From positions 1 through 36,630 of the forward strand of contig CAYVAZ010000010.1 of the NCBI GenBank assembly GCA_964449065.1: a DNA stretch of 36,630 bases, read 5' to 3'. Shown here piece by piece: positions 8,480-18,516 of the stretch. The position numbers were made by a program, and so were the translations under genes. Below the pieces are notes generated by a model. That model ran no database searches. It saw only the letters and a program-made list of their open reading frames with translations, and had not been told where the DNA came from. Numbering within the stretch: position 1 is the first letter of the stretch; each line of letters starts with the position of its first letter. Source of the DNA: an uncultured bacterium. Its GTDB lineage: Bacteria > Hinthialibacterota > Hinthialibacteria > Hinthialibacterales > Hinthialibacteraceae.

Positions 8480-9721
8480 ATGATAAAAACGCCCCCAATA
8501 GCATGCCGCGTGTTTGTATACGGCCATTTGTTCGCCAACATCGCGTTTGGAACGATGGCGTATGTGATTCATGAACATTTAGACCATGATTTCGGCCACG
8601 ATCTCATCATCGCCATGATCGCCTTTGTGGCGCCGGTGTTTTTCGCCACCTATTTTTTTCCCCGTTATATTTATCTAATCACCTTGGCGATTACCTGCCT
8701 GTCAATTACCGCGACTGAATTTATGTTAGAAGATATAGATTCGCACGATTTTTACGTAATCGGGGTGATTACATTTATTTTATTGATTGTCAGTGAAGCG
8801 CTCTTCCGTTTGTTCCGCTGGATCAAGCAGTATGAAGAAGAGCGCAGCCGGCTTGCGGTGGCTGCCGCGGAAGAAACCTCGCGCGCCAAGAGTGAATTTT
8901 TGGCCAACATGAGCCACGAAATCCGCACCCCTCTGAACGGCATCATCGGCATGGCGCATCTCATGCATGATACCACCCTGACACCCCAACAAAAGAATTA
9001 CCTCGATGTGATTCAGCAATCCTGCGAATCGCTGCTGGTAATTATCGATGACATTCTTGATTTCACCAAAGTCGAAGCGCGGCGTATGGAGCTAAAGGCG
9101 GTACCAACCAATTTACGCGCGCTGATTTCAACCATTCACAAACGCTTTCTTCCTGAGGCAAAGCAGAACGAAGTTGAATTTTCTTATCATTATCCTCCAA
9201 CTGTTCCCAGCATGGCGGTAACGGATCCGGTTCGGCTGCAACAGATACTATCCAACCTGGTCAGCAACGCCATTAAATTTTCCGCGGATGGAACCGTCCG
9301 TATCGATGTAGATTTTGAACAGGATTCCAAATCCGAACCGCGGTTTATTTTCACCGTACGGGATACCGGAATCGGAATTTCCCTACACAAACAGCAGTAC
9401 ATTTTCGAAACCTTTACGCAGGTAGACCCATCCACAACACGAAAAGCCGGGGGCACCGGTCTGGGTTTGGCTATCGTAAAGGGATTATCGGAAGCGATGA
9501 ACGGGACGGTTGAAGTTAAAAGTGACCTAGGCAATGGAGCCGCGTTTATCGTTAAACTGCCTTTGCCAGTAGTTGATAACGAACTNNNNNNNNNNNNNNN
9601 NNNNNNNNNNNNNNNNNNNNNNNNNNNNNNNNNNNNNNNNNNNNNNNNNNNNNNNNNNNNNNNNNNNNNNNNNNNNNNNNNNNNNAACCGCATGATACAA
9701 GTGCTACAATCTTATCTCTAA
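8480..9721 (+). CDS. Membrane sensor histidine kinase, probably hybrid; interrupted by assembly gap
   Basis: N-terminal TM helices, KSEFLANMSHEIRTPLNG, NLVSNAIKF, DTGIGI and GGTGLGL. Gap at 9586-9685, then NRMIQVLQSYL*, which looks like the last helix of a receiver domain. Start and true length are uncertain. Confidence 0.85.
   Translation: MIKTPPIACRVFVYGHLFANIAFGTMAYVIHEHLDHDFGHDLIIAMIAFVAPVFFATYFFPRYIYLITLAITCLSITATEFMLEDIDSHDFYVIGVITFILLIVSEALFRLFRWIKQYEEERSRLAVAAAEETSRAKSEFLANMSHEIRTPLNGIIGMAHLMHDTTLTPQQKNYLDVIQQSCESLLVIIDDILDFTKVEARRMELKAVPTNLRALISTIHKRFLPEAKQNEVEFSYHYPPTVPSMAVTDPVRLQQILSNLVSNAIKFSADGTVRIDVDFEQDSKSEPRFIFTVRDTGIGISLHKQQYIFETFTQVDPSTTRKAGGTGLGLAIVKGLSEAMNGTVEVKSDLGNGAAFIVKLPLPVVDNEXXXXXXXXXXXXXXXXXXXXXXXXXXXXXXXXXXNRMIQVLQSYL
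9586..9685. other. Assembly gap (100 N)
   Basis: Exactly 100 Ns, the usual placeholder for a gap of unknown size. Confidence 0.99.
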
Positions 9722-9868
9722 TGAATTGATCTATAAAGACTTATTAAAAAAAGGCTTATTAAAGTAGTGGTCAAACGTATGTTCATTTTGGGAGGGCGAA
9801 ACTTACGCTTCGATTGAATTGGAACGCATTTTGGGCAATCACGATGACGGATTAGAAAGGACGAATTT

Positions 9869-10639
9869 ATGCAGTGGTTTGATACACATTGCCATCTCAA
9901 TCATCCCGATTTTTTGGGACGGGAACAAGACGTCTGGCAGCGGGCGCGGGAAGAGGGCGTAAAGCATACCGTAATCATCGGTTATGACCTGCCCAGCAGC
10001 CGCAAAGCGGTGGAGTTGGTGGATGAATTGGATGGTGTATACGCTTCGGTAGGCGTCTCACCACATGAAATATTGCAGGCGCCGGATCACTATATCGATG
10101 AAGTAAGGGAACTGGCAACGCATCCAAACGTGGTCGCGATTGGAGAAGCGGGGTTGGAATATCACTATCCCATCGGACAACATGACATACAGCAGCGGGA
10201 GTTTATGAAGCAGGCCAGGCTTGCCGATGAACTGAAAAAACCCATCGTCATTCATCTGCGGGACGGTGACGATGATTTTCTTCGGTTGTGGGAAGAATCG
10301 CCGCCCAAACAAGCGATTTTGCACTGCTTTACTGCTTCGGAAGCCGTTATGCGAAAGGCAGTCTCATTGGGGCATTATATATCGTTTTCCGGCATACTGA
10401 CTTTTAAGAAATCCACCGGTTTGCATGAGATGGCCTCAAAAATTCCACAAGACCGGATTTTGATTGAAACGGATGCGCCCTATTTGGCCCCGGTTCCCTT
10501 TCGGGGAAAACCATGTGAGCCGGGATTGGTGCTTCATACCGGAAAATTTTTAGGGGAATTGCTGGAACAGTCCGGTGAGGATATCGCAAAACAAACATTT
10601 CAAAATGCCATCAATGCTTTTCAACTGAACTCCCATTAG
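9869..10639 (+). CDS. tatD: TatD family deoxyribonuclease/hydrolase
   Basis: FDTHCHL, AIGEAGL, IVIHLRD, ILHCFT and LIETDAPYLAP. Confidence 0.95.
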   Translation: MQWFDTHCHLNHPDFLGREQDVWQRAREEGVKHTVIIGYDLPSSRKAVELVDELDGVYASVGVSPHEILQAPDHYIDEVRELATHPNVVAIGEAGLEYHYPIGQHDIQQREFMKQARLADELKKPIVIHLRDGDDDFLRLWEESPPKQAILHCFTASEAVMRKAVSLGHYISFSGILTFKKSTGLHEMASKIPQDRILIETDAPYLAPVPFRGKPCEPGLVLHTGKFLGELLEQSGEDIAKQTFQNAINAFQLNSH

Positions 10640-10640
10640 T

Positions 10641-11504
10641 TTATGAGGCGATATCAACAAACTCAGAGGCTTTTTCTTTTATGTATTCAATTGATTCTTC
10701 TTTAATTTCCTCGAATTGCTCTGCATTAATATTGACGGCTTTGAGAGCAAACTCTGAAACCGGGTATTTGAGTTGCTCACATTCCACCCCAAAACCGGAT
10801 TCCAATGCAATGGATTTGGACAGGTGCACCACCGAAGTCAGCAGCGATTTAGACGGCGCATCTTGTGGAGAGCGGTGAAAGCGAATGGCATGGACCAATT
10901 CTTCCGGGAAATTCCATTGATCTACCAAGTGACCGCCCAACTCGGCATGGGTAAACCCGAGCGCGTGACGTTCCGCTTCCAAATCATTCATATTTTGTTC
11001 GGTAATCATTTCCAATATCGTTTCGGCGGTGTCTTGGATTTTTAGGCCGATAATTAAATGGCCTACATCAATTAACAAACCAGCCGTAAACGCTGTATCG
11101 GCTTGTTCACGGCAAAAATTTTTGGACAGTTTTTCGCTCACCATTGCCGTCGCGACTGAATTTTTCCAAAGTCCGTTTTCTTCATAACCATAGATTTTAC
11201 GGTCCGCACTAAACAGATTGCTGACCGAACACGTAATAACCAGATTGCGTACTGTGTGAAATCCAAGGTACATTACCGCCTGTTGCAGTGAGGATACAAC
11301 CCGGGGCAATCCATAATGGGCAGAATTGCACAGTTTTAAGATGTTTCCGGTTAAGGCTTGGTCTTTTGAAATCACGTTTGTCAGATCGTTCGCGGTTGTA
11401 TCCGGGTTCCGTGACATCCGCATTACTTTTACTACCACATCGGGGAGAGGAGGTATTTCATCAATTTCTTGTATGATCTTTTTGGTAATATCATTCGATT
11501 CCAT
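10641..11504 (-). CDS. Stand-alone HDOD domain protein
   Basis: IPPLPDVV, ISKDQALTGNILKLCNSAHYG, AVMYLGF, AFTAGLLIDVG, GFTHAELG and WNFP...AIRFH. Confidence 0.93.
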   Translation of the reverse strand: MESNDITKKIIQEIDEIPPLPDVVVKVMRMSRNPDTTANDLTNVISKDQALTGNILKLCNSAHYGLPRVVSSLQQAVMYLGFHTVRNLVITCSVSNLFSADRKIYGYEENGLWKNSVATAMVSEKLSKNFCREQADTAFTAGLLIDVGHLIIGLKIQDTAETILEMITEQNMNDLEAERHALGFTHAELGGHLVDQWNFPEELVHAIRFHRSPQDAPSKSLLTSVVHLSKSIALESGFGVECEQLKYPVSEFALKAVNINAEQFEEIKEESIEYIKEKASEFVDIAS

Positions 11505-11566
11505 GTTGTAGTCCAGATAACATTGCCTGCTCTATTTTTACATCATAACATACAATAAAATCACGA

Positions 11567-11872
11567 TTAATGAGGATTGTTTTCATCCATTTTTTGATTG
11601 ATTTTTTCTTTCATCATTTGACCCGGCTTAAAACTGATGTGTTTCTTGGGAGGAACCATGATAATTTCGCTTGTTTTGGGATTACGGGCTTTTCGGGCAG
11701 GCGTATGCTTGACCTTGAAAATTCCAAAGTTGCGAATTTCAATATTTCCATCACGGGCTAATCCATGACTCATCGCATCAAACATGGTTTGAACTATCTG
11801 CTTCACACTTGCAATGTCAAAACCCGTTCTCGCTGCGACTTCCTTCACAAGATCTTTCTTTGTGGAAGTCAT
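11567..11872 (-). CDS. HU/IHF family DNA-binding protein (paralogue 1)
   Basis: TKKDLV...IEIRNFGIFKVKHTPARKARNPKT...FKPG. Start reassigned to ATG 11872 behind GGAGGCGG. Confidence 0.93.
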   Translation of the reverse strand: MTSTKKDLVKEVAARTGFDIASVKQIVQTMFDAMSHGLARDGNIEIRNFGIFKVKHTPARKARNPKTSEIIMVPPKKHISFKPGQMMKEKINQKMDENNPH

Positions 11873-12083
11873 ACCGCCTCCTTGTTCTGCTGTCAATACA
11901 TCCCAAATCATCAACATAAATAAATCCAATACGTTATCAACAATATACAGTATACGTTTTCTGGTTTCAAGTGATTTTTTCACTTTTTAACCAGTTTTCT
12001 CTCTTTACTTCAATATCCTTAAGATTTCAGCCGGCTGCTGCAAAGTTGCAGTAAAAATGTTCTATATAAATTGCCTTATTCTT

Positions 12084-12142
12084 GTAGAGGATGCCACCTG
12101 TGGCTGCCCTGCTGTGGGGTAACCACTGAGGATTAGCCCTAT
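12084..12142. repeat. Degenerate GTAG-type REP-like inverted doublet
   Basis: GTAGAGGATGCCACCTGTGGCTGCCC faces the imperfect inverted copy GGGGTAACCACTGAGGATTAGCCCTAT in an intergenic region. Confidence 0.4.
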
Positions 12143-12236
12143 AAAAGAAAAAATGGAATCACTCAATTTCTGTTTGCAACCTAATATGAGCGGTTTTCAC
12201 ACTTCCCAATCCAAAATAGAATTGGGATAAATCACA

Positions 12237-14261
12237 CTATTGGAAAACCGAATCTTTTTTCCCTAAATAATTCTGCAGAATCGTTTTGATTTCGGATTGT
12301 GACACTTCAGAAGATTTCGTAAACGTTTCTGGTTCTACTTGGTTTACTTCAATTGTTTCTGGTTTTTCATTGAATAAAAAGCGCTCTATAACCAGACGTA
12401 CAATTCCCAGATGCTTTCCCGCTGAGTAGGAACATTCCACATACGAACGGAAATTTTGCCGAAGAAATTGATAAAGGGTGAGTTGAATATCGTGCTCTAA
12501 CTGTGCCAAATTCATTGATTCCCCCCCCAACTGATCACAATGCAATGGCCGCCTACCGCCAAAGGTCTCTTTCAAATCATGCACTCCCTGCTGCGAACAA
12601 TCCTGAATTAGCATTTCGATAACCGGTTTTCCTCTTGCATTCCAATACACTCGTATTGTGATTGGTTTATGCGGATTGTTAGTATTCTCTTCGTCTCGCG
12701 TCACGGAAAGGACAATATCAAGAACCGATTGAACCATCTCATAAAACGCTAAGTCCGGTACTTTCACTTGTACATCAGACTCTACCGGTTGAGAAATCAA
12801 GTGCAATTGGTCAGGATAGGCTTCTTTCTCCGATACGATTTTTTGCAGCCACTGAGCCAATCGAATTCGTTGAACCGTTCCAACCTCTCCCTTCTCCATT
12901 TTTTGATAACGCTCAATTCGGCTTAGACACTCCCACAAGCGTTGATTTTGCTTTGTCTGATCCCCGTCCCTCCAAACGCTATCATCGTCTTCGCTGGTTT
13001 GGGTGTCATTCAGATGAGAAAGAATATCCAGCACCAAGCGGTGTGAGAAAAATTCCGGAGAATGTTGTTGGGGAAAACCGCTGTCTTCTTCAACAACTAT
13101 AAAAAACAATTTCGAATCATCCGGAGTAGGTATAGTAATCGCCCGAATCCGGCATGAAGCGGCACAGCCCAATGATGGCTGCGGCCATGCGCATATATCA
13201 TCAATTTTGTCAGCTGTACGAAATCGGACTAAAGGGGCCAAACTTCGCTTTAACCGCTCATCTTTCAGGATATCGTCATCAAAGTCGGCAAACCGCAACA
13301 ATCGTTCCGCCGGCTGGTTCATCCAATGGATATGATATTCATGATCAACAATCAAGAGGCCGCACGATAAAAGACTTAGTAAGCGGCTCACCCCCTCCTG
13401 AACTTCCGCGTAAACCGCTTCAATTTGTTTGGTTTGTTTGTCTAACGCGCGCAGGGTTTCATGATGATGCCTTTCCATTTGACGAAATGAATCTTGAGAA
13501 AGCATACGCTGTTTTCTTGCCTCTTCCAATTCAGACAACACGCGATTGATGTATGTGGAAATTTCCGCCACATCGCGTGAAAAGGACCGGGGTTCCAAAC
13601 GGTTGGAGTAATCACCGCTCACCAGCAATCCCAACTGACTGGAAAGCCTGTGATGTTCTTTGCTATACCGCTTCAATATCACAAAATACGAAAAAAGAAA
13701 CGCAAGGATCAAGCTGATTCCCGATACAATCAGGGTTAACCGGTTTAGCGTATGAACGATCATGCTTTCAGAATCCAGGTCCCATTGAATTCGAATTTTA
13801 CCCAATTCCTTCTTATCTTGGTTATCCGCGGTTAGAGGAAGTTCAACCATATTATCCGGCGAAAGGCTATTTGTGGATGTGAGAGATAAAAACGGCTGGG
13901 TTTCCAGGGAAAAAGACGGATTGACACGGTTAGGCCGGTCGATTTTAAACAATACCTTTTTAAAGGCATCAATAATCGCAAACGAATCAATAGAAGGATT
14001 GTGATCAAGATAGCGGCGCAATCGGTTTTGCATGATCTCCGTGTCGAATACGTCCTGAGGATTCGACAAAACCGATCGAATCGTTTCATCGCTTGCAATA
14101 AGATACGCTAAATATTGCGAGTCCTGAATGAGTTCAAGATTCCGTTTGTGATTAACGAGCACGCTCAGAATTATACCGCAACAAAACACCATGACCGATG
14201 TCGTTAACGCGTGAAAAACAGCGGATTTTAAGCGCAGTGTCATCATTGCATACCGATTCAT
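12237..14261 (-). CDS. Membrane sensor with HAMP + PAS and degenerate histidine-kinase-like C-terminus
   Basis: Two TM segments flank an extracytoplasmic domain. HAMP-like LVSGDYSNRL...DVAEISTYINRVLSEL, PAS-like LSCGLLIVDHEYHIHWMNQPAERLL, and a HATPase-like tail lacking N/G boxes. Confidence 0.65.
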   Translation of the reverse strand: MNRYAMMTLRLKSAVFHALTTSVMVFCCGIILSVLVNHKRNLELIQDSQYLAYLIASDETIRSVLSNPQDVFDTEIMQNRLRRYLDHNPSIDSFAIIDAFKKVLFKIDRPNRVNPSFSLETQPFLSLTSTNSLSPDNMVELPLTADNQDKKELGKIRIQWDLDSESMIVHTLNRLTLIVSGISLILAFLFSYFVILKRYSKEHHRLSSQLGLLVSGDYSNRLEPRSFSRDVAEISTYINRVLSELEEARKQRMLSQDSFRQMERHHHETLRALDKQTKQIEAVYAEVQEGVSRLLSLLSCGLLIVDHEYHIHWMNQPAERLLRFADFDDDILKDERLKRSLAPLVRFRTADKIDDICAWPQPSLGCAASCRIRAITIPTPDDSKLFFIVVEEDSGFPQQHSPEFFSHRLVLDILSHLNDTQTSEDDDSVWRDGDQTKQNQRLWECLSRIERYQKMEKGEVGTVQRIRLAQWLQKIVSEKEAYPDQLHLISQPVESDVQVKVPDLAFYEMVQSVLDIVLSVTRDEENTNNPHKPITIRVYWNARGKPVIEMLIQDCSQQGVHDLKETFGGRRPLHCDQLGGESMNLAQLEHDIQLTLYQFLRQNFRSYVECSYSAGKHLGIVRLVIERFLFNEKPETIEVNQVEPETFTKSSEVSQSEIKTILQNYLGKKDSVFQ

Positions 14262-14463
14262 ATAGACGAATAACCTGCTTCACTCTTTTTTACAGTGAAG
14301 GGATACTCGTCAGTCAATGATATAGGAGGGAAGTTAGACACGATGCAAAAAAGGTGAACTACACTACCCTCAACCTCAAATCAACAAAATACATGAGTGA
14401 ATTTTAATTGAATTTTGTTTCAAATTCAACTAAAAATCACCTCAACCCAAATAAGAGACAAGA

Positions 14464-14493
14464 AAAAAGCGGGCTGAATGCTGCCCGCTTTTT
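14464..14493 (-). terminator. Intrinsic (potentially bidirectional) terminator after the 1329-aa gene
   Basis: AAAAAGCGGGC / GCCCGCTTTTT inverted repeat with an 8-nt loop, 34 nt past the stop codon. Confidence 0.85.
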
Positions 14494-14526
14494 GCGAATT
14501 GTTCATCATATATTAGCCTATAAAAA

Positions 14527-17500
14527 CTAACGAAGAAGACTCAATCCAAATTCCAATTCACGGGCGATATCCAAACCGAGGAACGGAGCGTTTTCTACTT
14601 CCGGTGCTCCGCCAATCGCATGAAGACCGCCAAAACCGTCCAGAATATAATAGCCATCTTGATAATCGACGGTTCCGTCTCCGTTGCTGTCATCCGGATT
14701 TAACCGAATATCACGCGCGATATCAAAGTTAAAGTTCGTTGCTCCCAATACGCCGGTAAGATGACCTACGTTATCCGGATCCGTCACGCCGCCGGCTCCA
14801 AGCAATCCTGCGGGAAAGCCGAAGACTTGTCCGGTACCGCTCAACATGATGAAGTCAAGAATTCTGCCTTCCGGTGAAACCACCAGTTCAAAGGCTCTAG
14901 CCAAATCGGTATCAAAACTGCCGGCAGTTTCGGGAGGACGGACATTTTCAGCGCCGATATCATCCCCAAACGGCCACAATGTGCCAAACCCGTCAAGAAT
15001 AACATATCCGCGAACGTTACCATCTTCATCTTGAACAACTTCCAGTTCCTTTGAAATATCCGTTTCAAATCCTTGCACAAGGTTTGACGGGTTAACAATC
15101 GGTTCGCTGTCAAGAACTCCGTTTCCGTTGGCATCTTCTGTAGTAATCTCACCATTGAAATCCACTGAGAAATCAAGCGCGCCATTACCATTCGTGTCTT
15201 CCGTATCAAACACACCGTTTCCGTTGGTGTCTTCAAACAGCACATTGCTATCCTCAAACGGAATGCGGGCTACACCAATGGACTCGTTTTGAATGGATAC
15301 GATATCACCAAAGAAGGGCGCTCCACCGTAAGGAACAATCAAGCCGTTGCCCATTAATACATAGCCTTGGAATGGATCTTCATTGATCACAACCAAATCG
15401 CGGGCGAATTGACCGGACACGGTAATGATTTCACTTTCGTCAGGCAGTTTGCCGCCTTCACCGATACGGGTTATGCTGCCATCCGCTTGCAAGAGGTAGA
15501 ACAAGCTGGGGTTACCGGAAACATTAGCCAATGCCCGCACTTCATTCGCAGCGCTGATTCCGCTGTCTAATGTAGAAGAAGGAGTATGTATCAGACCCAG
15601 TTGATCTGCAATCAAAAATTGTGAGCCACGCGGTGGAAGAACGGGTTCTTCCACTGTTAGCCGAACGGTATTGCTTTCATTACCGGCTTGATCACGTACA
15701 GATATAAATACTTCGGATTCTTCAATGCTTAATCCAGAGATGGCAAACGCCCCGGTGCTGGTCGCTTGGGTTGAACCAAGCAAGCCGGTTTTGTCGGCAT
15801 TAGAAAAAACGGAAACCGAAGCAAACGCTTCTACAGAATCTTTGCCTCCAAAAACATCCACACCGCGCGCGATAATTAAGGAAGGATCCGGGTCAGCAAC
15901 AGATACATCCAAAAATACAGGAAGCGGATTGGGGCTTAAGTTACCAGCAGCATCAACAAGAGCGATAAAGACCACGCTGTTTCCACGTACGATGCCGTTT
16001 CTTGGATCCCAGCAATTCGAGCCAAGATTTAAGCCGGTCAATCCCGGGAATGGTAGGTTCCCCAATCCAAATTGGCCGCCAAGCAACGCGTCTAATGGCT
16101 TTACATCCAATTTCACCAAATCGGGTGACAATAAATCAATTTCCGTATCGTCATTTCCATCGGCTATGACAAAGATGAATGGCAGCGCGTCATCCGGCAA
16201 GTCAAACGAACTTCCGGTACCGGCCGGTAAAATATTTCGAATATTAAGGACATCATTAACCCCGCACCCACTTTCAACAAGTTGAAGATCATCGGTCGTT
16301 GGAACAAAATCAATGCGGGGACCAACACGGTCAAACCCTACATTCGTATCAATGAATTGAAAGCCGACTTCAAAGAAAGAAAAATCTTCCAGACGCCTTT
16401 CCATCGCAACCAAAAAGAAATCTTGAACAAATTCTTCGGAAATCGGTGAAAAGTCGGGGATATTCAAACTGAAGTTTCCATTAGAATCCACCTCTACCGC
16501 AGGGGAAGAAAGCGGTTCGACAAACGGAAGAACGGTCGGCGATTCACTGGGCGCTGCCGCTTCTAAAAAGGCATTGACAAAGACACCGCTCGTCACAGGA
16601 TTTTCAGAATTGGCATCCACCACTTGGCCGGTTAATACATCGCCCACTCCGGGCGGGTTATTGGTTACAGATAGATTACGGAATACAACCAAGTTACGGC
16701 TGATGGGTTCGCCTAAAGCATCGTCAAGATTCAACCCAACAAATTGACTTCGGTTGCCCAGCGGGTCAACCGACTGAACGAAGATGATCCGACTGATACT
16801 GCCGGGAACCGTTACGGAAAAGTTTCCAGATTCATCCGCCACGCCACCGCTCACAAAAAATGAATTCGCTGGCTGGTTGGCTTCGGTCGTAATTTGACCA
16901 GGAACTTGATCCAGCGGAAAGCCAAAGATCAACACATCCGATTCGGGTTCAACCGATCCGGTGATTTGAATATTTGGAAAAACGCCAAGCGCGGCCAAAT
17001 TTGTGGGATCAATGGTTGTTTGTTCCGCGTCAATTGTAACGTCCGGGCTGGTGTTGCCGGCTTGATCGATGGTGGAAACTGTATACGAAAACGCACTGGG
17101 AACAACAATGCTAAATGAACCATCCGCATTAGCGGTTGCGTTTCCAGCGTGAAACACGATTTCATTGTTGTTAGTCATTCCCGTGATCAGAATGAGTGAA
17201 GAAGGCTCTGCTACACCACTGATGGTAAACGTATTATCACCGTTATTGGTCGCGGTCGGGGCTGTGAATACCACCGCTTCGGTATCCAGTTCAACTTGGG
17301 TTAAGCCGTTTTCATTGCCGAAAATATCCAGCGCGCCTAAAAACACGTTTGGACGGTTTGTATAAATTCCTTCTTCATTAAAGATACCCGGCACGATCAT
17401 ATTGAATGAACCGGAGGCATCGGCAGTCGCTTGCGCGATCACATCGGAACTTCTGTCATTTTCCGCGTAGGCGGTTACAACAGCAAACGCATCTGCTGTA

Positions 17501-18516
17501 CCGGTAATCCGTGCTATCCCATCTGCCTGGGGAGCATCGGCGTTGCCTTGCGTGTTGTTATTGGTGACGGATGACTCGCTGATTGATGCTTCGATATCAT
17601 TATCAATCCGGGCAATAATAATACGCGGCGGCTGTCCGTCATCTCCATCCAATTGTCTGGCGGTAATGCGGAAAAATATGGAAGGAACGGCATCATTTTC
17701 ACTATTCGCGTCTTCAAGAGTAATGGGGAAAAACGATCCATTGCTGACAAAGCCACCCTGAAAGAATTGTTCGGTTTCGACAAAATCAATACGCTGTGTT
17801 CTATCGTCGGCTTGGGCCGATTCTAATGTGGTAAAAACGCCGATTCCGGAAAATTCCGGTACACTTTGAAAGCGGTTGTCCGCATCAAAGCCGCCATCCG
17901 ATAAGCCTTCAAATTGATCTACGATAATTGAACTATCGCCATCACCGACCAACGATTGTGTTAACAATACTTTTCCGAGAAGGGGCTGATCTTCCGCATC
18001 GATTGCTGTGATATTCAGCAAACGGTGGGGGGGGACACCTTGTGTACGCGCCGCAAGAGAATTTCCTTCTCTTATCAGTCTTTGATAGGTCAATAAATTT
18101 TGAAACACTTGAGGACTGGTAATATCCAGACTAAAGGTCCCGCTGATGATGGATCCACCGCTTTCAGCCGTAATGGATGCCGTTGCAAGATTAACCCCGT
18201 CAACGATTCGCACGGGATTATTTCGCACGGTAGGGAATTTCCCTAAAAAATTCGCGTTACGGTTAAGCGTTTGATCTCCAGCTTCAATGGTAACCACGCT
18301 GAATCCCGGCACCGATTCGGTCAGGCCGTACACCACAATGTCGTTTCCATCGACGGCCAATAACAAATCGCCGAATGCATCGGCATCGCTTCCCTCAATT
18401 TGAATCCGAGCGGCTTGGTCGGACTGAGCGAAAATCGTGTTTGGCACGAGCATAGCCATCAGCACGAGCACAGCCATTGCCTTCGCTATCAAAAACAGCC
18501 CGTAATATTTGGTCAT
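14527..18516 (-). CDS. Large secreted acidic surface protein: bacterial Ig-like repeats, DxNGNG Ca-binding-type motifs, C-terminal YxLDGxG repeats
   Basis: Signal peptide ending IFA|QS. About 5-6 repeats of I[TS]GxAE...AxAxGxFxxxVP...DxxGNxS. EDTNGNG x2, EDANGNG and DSNGDG. YVILDGFG and YYILDGFGG repeats. AGGAGG RBS. Confidence 0.75.
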   Translation of the reverse strand: MTKYYGLFLIAKAMAVLVLMAMLVPNTIFAQSDQAARIQIEGSDADAFGDLLLAVDGNDIVVYGLTESVPGFSVVTIEAGDQTLNRNANFLGKFPTVRNNPVRIVDGVNLATASITAESGGSIISGTFSLDITSPQVFQNLLTYQRLIREGNSLAARTQGVPPHRLLNITAIDAEDQPLLGKVLLTQSLVGDGDSSIIVDQFEGLSDGGFDADNRFQSVPEFSGIGVFTTLESAQADDRTQRIDFVETEQFFQGGFVSNGSFFPITLEDANSENDAVPSIFFRITARQLDGDDGQPPRIIIARIDNDIEASISESSVTNNNTQGNADAPQADGIARITGTADAFAVVTAYAENDRSSDVIAQATADASGSFNMIVPGIFNEEGIYTNRPNVFLGALDIFGNENGLTQVELDTEAVVFTAPTATNNGDNTFTISGVAEPSSLILITGMTNNNEIVFHAGNATANADGSFSIVVPSAFSYTVSTIDQAGNTSPDVTIDAEQTTIDPTNLAALGVFPNIQITGSVEPESDVLIFGFPLDQVPGQITTEANQPANSFFVSGGVADESGNFSVTVPGSISRIIFVQSVDPLGNRSQFVGLNLDDALGEPISRNLVVFRNLSVTNNPPGVGDVLTGQVVDANSENPVTSGVFVNAFLEAAAPSESPTVLPFVEPLSSPAVEVDSNGNFSLNIPDFSPISEEFVQDFFLVAMERRLEDFSFFEVGFQFIDTNVGFDRVGPRIDFVPTTDDLQLVESGCGVNDVLNIRNILPAGTGSSFDLPDDALPFIFVIADGNDDTEIDLLSPDLVKLDVKPLDALLGGQFGLGNLPFPGLTGLNLGSNCWDPRNGIVRGNSVVFIALVDAAGNLSPNPLPVFLDVSVADPDPSLIIARGVDVFGGKDSVEAFASVSVFSNADKTGLLGSTQATSTGAFAISGLSIEESEVFISVRDQAGNESNTVRLTVEEPVLPPRGSQFLIADQLGLIHTPSSTLDSGISAANEVRALANVSGNPSLFYLLQADGSITRIGEGGKLPDESEIITVSGQFARDLVVINEDPFQGYVLMGNGLIVPYGGAPFFGDIVSIQNESIGVARIPFEDSNVLFEDTNGNGVFDTEDTNGNGALDFSVDFNGEITTEDANGNGVLDSEPIVNPSNLVQGFETDISKELEVVQDEDGNVRGYVILDGFGTLWPFGDDIGAENVRPPETAGSFDTDLARAFELVVSPEGRILDFIMLSGTGQVFGFPAGLLGAGGVTDPDNVGHLTGVLGATNFNFDIARDIRLNPDDSNGDGTVDYQDGYYILDGFGGLHAIGGAPEVENAPFLGLDIARELEFGLSLLR

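Noticed and set aside
11873..11983. N-terminal extension of HU paralogue 1
   Set aside because: The RBS precedes ATG 11872, and HU proteins begin at the TKxxL motif.
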